A stretch of 64,000 nt of DNA from SAR86 cluster bacterium AG-422-E19 (GTDB lineage Bacteria > Pseudomonadota > Gammaproteobacteria > Magnimaribacterales > AG-339-G14), in NCBI GenBank assembly GCA_003213595.1, contig QCMR01000002.1:64015-128014 (forward strand), given 5' to 3'. Below are positions 29,095 through 36,657 of this stretch, in pieces. The notes below the pieces were generated by a model. The model was not told where the DNA came from and searched no databases. It saw only the letters and a list, made by a program, of their open reading frames with translations. Both the position numbers and the translations under genes were made by a program. The stretch's first letter is position 1; every line of letters begins with the position of its first letter.

Positions 29095-29343
29095 CTAAAT
29101 TTCACTATAAAATTCAAATATTTCTTCAAATATTTCTTTGAGTTCATTTGGATAATCCATTTTTTTGTAAATGATCATATCTGCTAGGGAAACATCATCA
29201 ATTTCAAACAGCTCAAATAGTTGATCAACTTGAGCATTGCTTAAAGAAAAGAACCTTTTTTCTACAAATGGTACAAAGATTTTATCTAGTTCATTCAAGC
29301 CCCTTCTTGCCTTAAATTTAGCTTTATTTAATAGGTCACTCAC
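29095..29343 (-). CDS. sdhE: FAD assembly factor SdhE (YgfY)
   Basis: Carries the RRGLNELD (RGxxE) motif. A GTG start at 29341-29343 gives an 82-aa protein matching E. coli SdhE spacing. The track's TTG start at 29373 would overlap ygfZ. Confidence 0.7.
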   Translation of the reverse strand: MSDLLNKAKFKARRGLNELDKIFVPFVEKRFFSLSNAQVDQLFELFEIDDVSLADMIIYKKMDYPNELKEIFEEIFEFYSEI

Positions 29344-29361
29344 AGAAAGAATTATATAATC

Positions 29362-30051
29362 ATGAAAATACAAAAAAGCATGAATTTTTCAGAAAAACAT
29401 ACTTCTCTCCTTGTTCAAGGATCTCAAGCTGCAGAATTTCTGCAAGGACAAATTACAATAGATACAGAAAAGATTTCTAATGAAGATTTTAAACCTGCCT
29501 GCATTTGCAACAACAAAGGCAGAGTCATGGCAACTTTTTGGGTTAAAAAGATAGAAAATGGATTTAAGATCGCCATCCTTAAAGAGTTAATCGCCTCTTT
29601 TGAAGAACATATGAACAAGTATATCCCTTTCTTTGATGCAGAATTAAAAAATGATGTACAAGATGACTTAAAAAAAGATCTAGATTCAACAGAATGGATG
29701 AAATTTTTAATTATTAAGGGAATAGTGGAAGTTAACAAACAGACTTCTTCAAAATTTACTCCCCACGAACTTAATTATCAAAATAAAGAGTTAATTGATT
29801 TTTCAAAGGGCTGCTTTAACGGTCAAGAAGTCATTGCAAGAATGGAATATAGAGGGAAATTGAAATTTGCTCTCAAAATTGCAGATAATTTAAAAGACGA
29901 GGTCAAGGAATCTTCGCTTCATAACAAAGAAGGAAAAAAAGTTGGGGAAGTTTTATCTAAGGAAGGTAAATACGGTTTTGTTTTTTTTAAAAACAAAGAT
30001 GATCAAACTGAGTCTGTTTATCTAGACGGGCAAATTTTAAACATTCTCTAA
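29362..30051 (+). CDS. ygfZ: folate-binding Fe-S cluster repair/tRNA-modification protein YgfZ
   Basis: Carries the KGCFNGQEVIARMEYRG signature (KGCYxGQE). It is divergent to sdhE, as in E. coli. Confidence 0.8.
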   Translation: MKIQKSMNFSEKHTSLLVQGSQAAEFLQGQITIDTEKISNEDFKPACICNNKGRVMATFWVKKIENGFKIAILKELIASFEEHMNKYIPFFDAELKNDVQDDLKKDLDSTEWMKFLIIKGIVEVNKQTSSKFTPHELNYQNKELIDFSKGCFNGQEVIARMEYRGKLKFALKIADNLKDEVKESSLHNKEGKKVGEVLSKEGKYGFVFFKNKDDQTESVYLDGQILNIL

Positions 30052-30054
30052 TCC

Positions 30055-30723
30055 TTATATTCTCCAATCTATCTCTTCGTTTTTGTTTTTCCTGAGATAA
30101 TCATTAGTCTTAGAAAAAGGTTTTGATCCAAAAAATCCTCTGTGAGCAGACAATGGTGATGGATGAGGAGTTGCAATTATTAGATGCTTTGAAGAATCAA
30201 TAAAAATTTTCTTTGATTGAGCATATGCCCCCCACAAAATGAAAACTAGATTTGATTTTTTATCACTTAAAGCTTTGATAATCTGATTGGTAAATTCTTC
30301 CCATCCAATATTCTTATGCGATCCTGGAGATCCGGATTCTACAGTTAAGATAGAATTTAGTAAGAGAACCCCTCGTTCTGCCCAAGCTGACAAATTTCCA
30401 TCTTTGGGAATAGGCAAATTAAGATCAGTTGAATATTCTTTAAAAATATTCAATAAAGATGGTGGAAATCTAACCTCAGAATTGACTGAAAATGCTAAAC
30501 CGTTTGCTTGATTTGGGCCGTGATAGGGATCTTGCCCAAGAATTATAATTTTTACGTTTTTAAAAGATGTTAATTCAAACGCTCTAAAAATATCCTTACT
30601 ACTTGGATGAATTTTCTTTTTTTTTGAAGAAACTTCAGATATTTTTTGTCTTATGGGTTCCAAAATTTCTTTTAAGCCATATTCAGCAGCAACTTCTTTC
30701 CAAGATTCTAATGACATCACCAT
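30055..30723 (-). CDS. ung: uracil-DNA glycosylase
   Basis: GQDPYHGPNQANGLAFSV and the HPSPLSA motif. Confidence 0.95.
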   Translation of the reverse strand: MVMSLESWKEVAAEYGLKEILEPIRQKISEVSSKKKKIHPSSKDIFRAFELTSFKNVKIIILGQDPYHGPNQANGLAFSVNSEVRFPPSLLNIFKEYSTDLNLPIPKDGNLSAWAERGVLLLNSILTVESGSPGSHKNIGWEEFTNQIIKALSDKKSNLVFILWGAYAQSKKIFIDSSKHLIIATPHPSPLSAHRGFFGSKPFSKTNDYLRKNKNEEIDWRI

Positions 30724-30754
30724 GGGAGAAATATTATCAAATATTCAATTTTTT

Positions 30755-30789
30755 TTATCCACAGAAATTGTGGATAACTCTCTGGATAA
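30755..30789. promoter_or_regulatory. cluster of three DnaA boxes
   Basis: TTATCCACA (30755-30763, perfect), TGTGGATAA (30769-30777, perfect, inverted) and TCTGGATAA (30781-30789, one mismatch). Confidence 0.6.
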
Positions 30790-31051
30790 AATAAAGAAGA
30801 TTGGTTGGAACCTTTAAACAGAAGTGTTTTAGCTAAATTGGTTAATTTTTAACCACTTAAAAATTAATCAATAAAATCAATAACTTACAAAGTTATTGAG
30901 ATTGCACCAAGATAATGCAGTAAAAGATAGGCATAACTTGAATTTAAAAAAAATAAATAAACTTTTGTGTGTAACTCATATAAAAGTTACTATAAAAAAA
31001 ATTCTTATTCCAATAAGGTCTTATAAATTTTTAATAAAAATAGAGGTAAAA

Positions 31052-32143
31052 ATGGAAGCATTATTTAAACCAATAAAAATCAACGACTTAGTTGTGCCCA
31101 ATAGAATCGCTATGGCGCCTATGACTAGGAGCATGTCTCCGAACGGTATTCCAACAGATCAGAATTTAGAATATTACAAACGAAGAGCAGCTGCAGAGGT
31201 TGGGATGATCATTACTGAGGGTGTTGAGGTGAGTCATCCGGCATCGAGCGGCTATCCTAATGTTCCTAATTTAAGACAAGCTTCTCATGATGGCTGGAAA
31301 AAATTAATTTCTTCAGTTCAAGAAGAAGGTTCCACGATATTTTGTCAATTGTGGCATGTGGGAGGAATAAGAAAACCGGGGCAACCCCCAAATCCTGAAG
31401 TGCCTGGTTATACACCCTCAGGTTTAGTCAGAAAAGATAAAAAAGTAGCTTATGAAATGACAGATAACGATGTAGAAGATCTTATTCAGAACTATGTAAA
31501 AGATATAGAAACTATCAAAATGTTGGGTTTTGACGGCGTAGAGCTTCATGGAGCTCATGGATATATGATCGATCAGTTTTTCTGGCGAGATACTAACGTA
31601 AGAAAAGATAAATACGGCAAAGAAGAAGATTTAAGGACAAAGTTTGTCTGCGAGATAGTTTCACGTGCTAGAAAACTTGTTGGAAACGATTTTCCGATAA
31701 TGCTGAGATTTTCGCAATGGAAACAACAAGATTACGAAGCTAGACTTGCTCCCTCTCCTACAGACTTAGAAACTTTTTTAGGACCAATATCTGATTCTGG
31801 AGTTGATGTCTTTCATGCTAGTACAAGAAGATACTGGGAGCCAGAATTTGATGAGTCTGATTTAAATCTTGCAGGCTGGACTAAAAAAATAACCAACAAG
31901 CCCACTATTACTGTGGGAAGTGTGGGGCTGGATTCAGATTTTATAGGCCTGTATGTCGGCAATGACAAAGCTAATACCTCCTCTATTAAAACTTTAGTCG
32001 AGATGTTCGAAAGAGGAGACTTCGACATGGTTGCCGTAGGGAGAGCTCTCTTATCTGATCCAGAATGGGTTTTGAAGGTTAAAGAAGGTCGAGAAGAGGA
32101 GATTGTAGGTTTTACAAAAGAATATGTGGAAAAATATTTTTAG
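31052..32143 (+). CDS. NADH:flavin oxidoreductase, Old Yellow Enzyme family
   Basis: PNRIAMAPMTR and ELHGAHGYMIDQF motifs. I set the start to the ATG at 31052 behind GAGGT. The track's 52-codon upstream extension is AT-rich intergenic sequence. Confidence 0.85.
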   Translation: MEALFKPIKINDLVVPNRIAMAPMTRSMSPNGIPTDQNLEYYKRRAAAEVGMIITEGVEVSHPASSGYPNVPNLRQASHDGWKKLISSVQEEGSTIFCQLWHVGGIRKPGQPPNPEVPGYTPSGLVRKDKKVAYEMTDNDVEDLIQNYVKDIETIKMLGFDGVELHGAHGYMIDQFFWRDTNVRKDKYGKEEDLRTKFVCEIVSRARKLVGNDFPIMLRFSQWKQQDYEARLAPSPTDLETFLGPISDSGVDVFHASTRRYWEPEFDESDLNLAGWTKKITNKPTITVGSVGLDSDFIGLYVGNDKANTSSIKTLVEMFERGDFDMVAVGRALLSDPEWVLKVKEGREEEIVGFTKEYVEKYF

Positions 32144-32146
32144 GGC

Positions 32147-32908
32147 TTAAAAATTGCCTAAATGCATTCCTCCATCAAGCAATATAGTTTCTCCTGTTAT
32201 TGTTGATCCTGATTCTATGAAATAACAGATTGTTTCTGCAACCTGCTCTGCAGTACAAGTTAAGTTTAATGGTACGCTGTCTTCAGTAGATTTTTTAACA
32301 AACTCATAAGTTTCCTCGCCTAAGCCATTTTTCAACCAATCTCCTTGAATAAATCCAGGACAGATTGCGTTAATTCTGATTGGCCCTAAAGCCCTGGCAA
32401 GAGACTTAGTCATATTTATTAAAGCCCCTTTTGATGCGGCATATGCTACGGAACTACCTATTCCTAAAACTCCTGCTATAGAGGCAACATTCACAACTGA
32501 TGGATTATCTGACTTAAGTAGGCTTTCTCTTGCTTCTTTAATCATCATATAAGGACCCACGGTATTTGTTGCATACAATCCAAGAAAATCATCTTTGGAA
32601 AGACCATCTAAATTATCATGTGCATTAAATTTAGTAGTGCCGGCATTATTAATCAAAGCATCCAGTTTTCCCCATTTTTTTATGGTTTCTTTCACTGTTT
32701 GAGCACAAGAATCGGGCTGTGAAACATCTGCTTTTAAAACAATTGTTTCTGCTCCTAATGTTTCACACTCCTTACTTACCTCATTTGCTTCTTCTATTGA
32801 ACTTGAACAAGTTATTGCTATGTTCCAACCCTTGCTTGCAAGGAGTTTTGAAACCTCGGCACCAACACCTCTACTTCCACCTGTAACAATCGCAACTGGT
32901 TTAGTCAT
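32147..32908 (-). CDS. short-chain dehydrogenase/reductase (FabG-like)
   Basis: TGGSRGVG Rossmann motif, NNAG, and the catalytic YAASK. Confidence 0.8.
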   Translation of the reverse strand: MTKPVAIVTGGSRGVGAEVSKLLASKGWNIAITCSSSIEEANEVSKECETLGAETIVLKADVSQPDSCAQTVKETIKKWGKLDALINNAGTTKFNAHDNLDGLSKDDFLGLYATNTVGPYMMIKEARESLLKSDNPSVVNVASIAGVLGIGSSVAYAASKGALINMTKSLARALGPIRINAICPGFIQGDWLKNGLGEETYEFVKKSTEDSVPLNLTCTAEQVAETICYFIESGSTITGETILLDGGMHLGNF

Positions 32909-32910
32909 TT

Positions 32911-34092
32911 TTATACCTCCCTTACAGAAATAACATCATCTAGAGCAGACAACTCAACCAAAACCTTTTCCGGCGGTTTGGTTTCCAGATCAATTACGTT
33001 GTAGGCAATATCACCTCTACTTTTGTTTACCATATCTATAATATTCAATTTATTATCGGCAAGTACGGTAGTAATTTTACCTATCATTCCTGGATGGTTC
33101 TTATTTGAAAGAGTAATCCTAAATTCTGAAGGCCTGGGTTCAATTAACTCAGGAAAATTCACTGAATTTTTAATGTTTCCATTATTTAAAAAATCATCGA
33201 GCTGTTCAGCGGCCATCACAGAACAATTTTCTTCTGCTTGGCTTGTGCTCGCTCCAATGTGAGGCAAAATAATGACATCGTTAGCTATTTTGGCTCTAGA
33301 GATTAAGTCTAAATCAGCAAAATCTGTGATGTACTTGCTAAGGATGTTTTTATCCAAGCTTTCTATGATATCTTTTGAGACAACTATTTCATCTCTAGCA
33401 AAATTTATAAGTCTTAAGCCCTTTTTGGCATCTTTGAGTAAATCAGAATTTATAAGACCCTTAGTTTTATCATTTGCTGGCACATGGAGAGAGATGTAGT
33501 CAGATTCTTTGAAAACATCTTGAATACTCTCTTTTCGTTCAACTTTATTAGGCAATTTCCAAGCAGCTTCAACGGTTATAGCTGGATCATAGCCAATAAC
33601 ATTCATACCTAACATTACTCCCATATCAGCAACTTTAGAGCCTATAGCCCCCATACCAACAACGCCTAAAGTTCCGCCAGTTAATTCTCTGCCCTTGAAG
33701 CTTTTTTTTCCAGACTCAATTAAAGGTTTTAATTCTTCTTGATTTGACTCTTCTATTGAATTCACAAAATTAGCTCCTTGAAAAAGACCTCTGGAAGACA
33801 TTAAAAGTGCTGCTAACACTATTTCTTTAACTGCATTAGCATTCGCTCCTGGAGTGTTAAATACAGGAATTCCAAGCTCAGAACATTCTTCGACAGGGAT
33901 GTTATTTACCCCTGCCCCAGCTCTGGCTATGGCTTTTAAATTATTTCCAAAGTCTTCCTTTTTGAGTTTGTGACTTCTCAAAATAATTGCATCAGGATCA
34001 GAAAGACCATCAGATACCTCAAATTTTTTTGCTTGAAGGATATTTAAGCCCTTCTCAGCAATAGCATTGAAGGTTTTAATTTTTTGCGTCAT
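32911..34092 (-). CDS. serA: D-3-phosphoglycerate dehydrogenase with C-terminal ACT domain
   Basis: D-2-hydroxyacid dehydrogenase fold (GVVGMGAIGS, HIGAST) plus an ACT-like tail. Confidence 0.75.
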   Translation of the reverse strand: MTQKIKTFNAIAEKGLNILQAKKFEVSDGLSDPDAIILRSHKLKKEDFGNNLKAIARAGAGVNNIPVEECSELGIPVFNTPGANANAVKEIVLAALLMSSRGLFQGANFVNSIEESNQEELKPLIESGKKSFKGRELTGGTLGVVGMGAIGSKVADMGVMLGMNVIGYDPAITVEAAWKLPNKVERKESIQDVFKESDYISLHVPANDKTKGLINSDLLKDAKKGLRLINFARDEIVVSKDIIESLDKNILSKYITDFADLDLISRAKIANDVIILPHIGASTSQAEENCSVMAAEQLDDFLNNGNIKNSVNFPELIEPRPSEFRITLSNKNHPGMIGKITTVLADNKLNIIDMVNKSRGDIAYNVIDLETKPPEKVLVELSALDDVISVREV

Positions 34093-34164
34093 ATGAATTT
34101 TATTTATTTAATGAAGTCTATTAGTATTAGTTTTTTGAATCTGCAATTCTATAACTTAAATTAA

Positions 34165-35061
34165 ATGAGACCAAAGCATTTCTTAAATTTTGAAAATTTT
34201 TCGAGACAAGACCTCAGCAATATCATTGATAGAGCAATAGAAATAAAATCAAAATCAGAAACATCAAATCTTTTTGATAAAAAAACTCTAGGTTTAATTT
34301 TTCAAAAACCCTCAACTAGAACGAGAGTTTCCTTCGAAGTAGCTATGAATAAATTAGGGGGTAACACAATTTTCCTAAGTTCATCTGAATTACAAATGTC
34401 TAGAGGTGAGCCAATTGCAGATACTTCTAAAGTATTGTCTTCCATGGTTGATGCTGTAGTAATTAGAAACGACAGTCATGAAGAATTGAAGCTTTTTTCA
34501 GAAAACTCCTCTGTTCCTGTGATTAACGGTTTAACTGATTTATTTCATCCCTGTCAAATTCTTGCTGACTTGATGACGTTCAAAGAGAAAAATGAGGGAG
34601 AAATTCTTAACAAAGTATGCTGGATTGGAGATGGAAATAATGTTTGCAATTCTTATATTGAAGCTGCCTCTATTTTTGATTTTGAAATTAGTATTTTTTG
34701 TCCTAAAGGTTGTGAGCCTTATCAGCCGTTGCTAAATAAGGCTAAAGATTTCATAACATTAGCATCCTCAAAAAATGAAGCCCTGGAAAAAGCCCAAATC
34801 GTCACGACTGATGTGTGGACTTCCATGAATAATGAAACCTCTGTAAAAGAGAGAAGAAAAACCTTTAAAAATTTCTTTGTTGAAGAAGAAGATATGGGTC
34901 TTGCTGATGACAATTCAATCTTTTTGCATTGCTTGCCTGCACACAGGGGCGAAGAAATAAGCTTCACAATGCTAGAACATGCTCAAAGTGTGGTCTGGGA
35001 CCAGGCAGAGAATAGATTGCATGCTCAGCAAAGCCTTCTTGAATTTTTGTTAGCTGATTAA
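34165..35061 (+). CDS. argF: ornithine carbamoyltransferase
   Basis: STRTRVSFE, HPCQILAD, DVWTSM and HCLPAHRGEE motifs. Confidence 0.9.
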   Translation: MRPKHFLNFENFSRQDLSNIIDRAIEIKSKSETSNLFDKKTLGLIFQKPSTRTRVSFEVAMNKLGGNTIFLSSSELQMSRGEPIADTSKVLSSMVDAVVIRNDSHEELKLFSENSSVPVINGLTDLFHPCQILADLMTFKEKNEGEILNKVCWIGDGNNVCNSYIEAASIFDFEISIFCPKGCEPYQPLLNKAKDFITLASSKNEALEKAQIVTTDVWTSMNNETSVKERRKTFKNFFVEEEDMGLADDNSIFLHCLPAHRGEEISFTMLEHAQSVVWDQAENRLHAQQSLLEFLLAD

Positions 35062-36492
35062 TCTGTTTAAAAATTCTTTCCAGGTATCGTAGCGTCCTAA
35101 ATCATAGTTGGAATCCGGATTGTACTCTGCCTTAGGAGACCAGTTCTTGGAAACATCTTGCAAAGATACTTCCCCAGCTCCAATACCAGCAAGATAAGCG
35201 GCTCCTAAAGCAGTAGATTCAACCGTTTTGGAACACAAAACTTCCAATTCAATGACGCTGGATAAAATCTGATTAAAAAAAGCATTTCTCGTTAAACCAC
35301 CATCAATCCTTACACTATCCACTTTTACGCCGTCATTTTTTAAAGAAGAAATGATCTCTTTGGTTTGAAAAGCGACTGCTTCATGGGTAGCTAAACTCAA
35401 TTCTTCTCTTCCAGAGTCTCTTGTAAGTCCAAAAATAGCTCCTCTGGCATCAGGAACCCAATGCGGAGCTCCTAAACCCACAAAAGCAGGAATGAGAAAA
35501 ACGTTGGTATTGGGATCTGCTCTTTTAGCCAGTTCTTCAGATTCGCTGACGTCTTCGAAAAAATTCATTTTGTCTCGAAGCCATTGAAAATTAGCTCCAG
35601 CCATAAAAATACTTCCTTCTAAGGCATAGCATAAATCATCCACTTGGTAGGCTATCGTTGATAGAAGCTTATTTGAAGAGTTCTGTCTTTTTTTTCCTGT
35701 GTTTGCCATTAAAAAACATCCTGTGCCGTAGGTACTTTTTAACTGTCCTTTAGCAAAACAACCTTGTCCTATTAGAGATGCTTGTTGGTCTCCTGCAATG
35801 CCAGAAATTTTTATTTCTCCGCCAAAAAGCTTAGTTGAGCCAAAATCTGCGGTATTCTTCGTTACTTCGGGTAAATTTAAGCCGCCTAACTCAAATATGT
35901 CTATCAAGTTCATGTCCCACTCAATAGAGTCAATATTCAATAATAATGTCCTTGATGCATTGGTTACATCTGTTTTGAAACTTTTTCCTTCTGTTAGCTT
36001 CCAAACAAGAAAAGTATCAATAGTGCCAAAAAAATATTTGTTTGGATCAATTTTGTGTTCTTTTAATAACCAACGAGCTTTGGTTGCTGAAAAGTAAGGA
36101 TCGAGTAAAAGACCAGTTTTTTTTGTTACTTCTGACTCAATGCCTTTGGCTTTGAGTTCTTCACAAAATTCTGTTGTTCTGCGATCTTGCCATACAATGG
36201 CTTTATCCAAAACTTTGCCATCTTTGTCCCAAAGCATTACCGTTTCTCTTTGATTGGTTATGCCAATGGAGATCACATCTGAGCTCTTGATGCCTTTCTT
36301 GTTCATCAAGGAATTCACTGTATTAAGCACTGATGTCCAAATTTCTTCAGGGTCATGCTCAACCAATCCTTCTGCGGGATAGTGTTGTCTAAATTCTTGT
36401 TGTTCTTGAGTTATTTGGTTAAAGGAGTTGTCGTATAGAACTGCCCTAGAACTCGTGGTGCCTTGATCTATTGAGATGTAATACTTGGACAT
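35050..36492 (-). CDS. glpK: glycerol kinase
   Basis: MSKYYISIDQGTTSSRAVL matches the E. coli GlpK N-terminus. I prefer the ATG at 36490-36492 over the track's GTG at 36510. Confidence 0.93.
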   Translation of the reverse strand: MSKYYISIDQGTTSSRAVLYDNSFNQITQEQQEFRQHYPAEGLVEHDPEEIWTSVLNTVNSLMNKKGIKSSDVISIGITNQRETVMLWDKDGKVLDKAIVWQDRRTTEFCEELKAKGIESEVTKKTGLLLDPYFSATKARWLLKEHKIDPNKYFFGTIDTFLVWKLTEGKSFKTDVTNASRTLLLNIDSIEWDMNLIDIFELGGLNLPEVTKNTADFGSTKLFGGEIKISGIAGDQQASLIGQGCFAKGQLKSTYGTGCFLMANTGKKRQNSSNKLLSTIAYQVDDLCYALEGSIFMAGANFQWLRDKMNFFEDVSESEELAKRADPNTNVFLIPAFVGLGAPHWVPDARGAIFGLTRDSGREELSLATHEAVAFQTKEIISSLKNDGVKVDSVRIDGGLTRNAFFNQILSSVIELEVLCSKTVESTALGAAYLAGIGAGEVSLQDVSKNWSPKAEYNPDSNYDLGRYDTWKEFLNRLIS

Positions 36493-36510
36493 GAACACAT
36501 TAATATACAC

Positions 36511-36530
36511 TTATACACAGCCTATCCACT
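36511..36530. promoter_or_regulatory. DnaA-box-like sequences upstream of nrdA
   Basis: TTATACACA (36511-36519, the E. coli R2-type variant) is followed by CTATCCACT (36522-30, two mismatches). Confidence 0.35.
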
Positions 36531-36599
36531 AAATTTTCATAAATTGTTGTATTGCTTTTTTGTTAAAAACCCTTTATCTTGTACTCCATTGTGAAGAAA

Positions 36600-36615
36600 A
36601 CACAATATGTTGTGT
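36600..36615. promoter_or_regulatory. NrdR box
   Basis: ACACAATATGTTGTGT matches the NrdR operator consensus acaCwAtATaTwGtgt. It lies ~43 nt upstream of the nrdA start. No equally good tandem partner was found. Confidence 0.5.
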
Positions 36616-36657
36616 TTTTTATACCCATTTTAGTTAATTTTTTAAGAAGGAATTGTT

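Noticed and set aside
31005-31018. Small palindrome cttatt-cc-aataag upstream of the OYE gene as a repressor operator
   Set aside because: The arms are only 6 bp in a very AT-rich spacer, so it is easily a chance occurrence. No adjacent regulator gene is present.
30724-31051. Chromosomal replication origin (oriC)
   Set aside because: There are only three clustered DnaA boxes and one weak additional box (TTAACCACT near 30856). I saw no obvious 13-mer DUE array and no dnaA, gidA or rpmH context. Gene orientation does not switch here. A regulatory, DARS-like or datA-like role is more plausible.
30896-31051. N-terminal 52-codon extension of the OYE ORF
   Set aside because: It is AT-rich and Lys/Ile-rich with no similarity to OYE proteins. 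The conserved N-terminus begins at the ATG at 31052, which has its own RBS.
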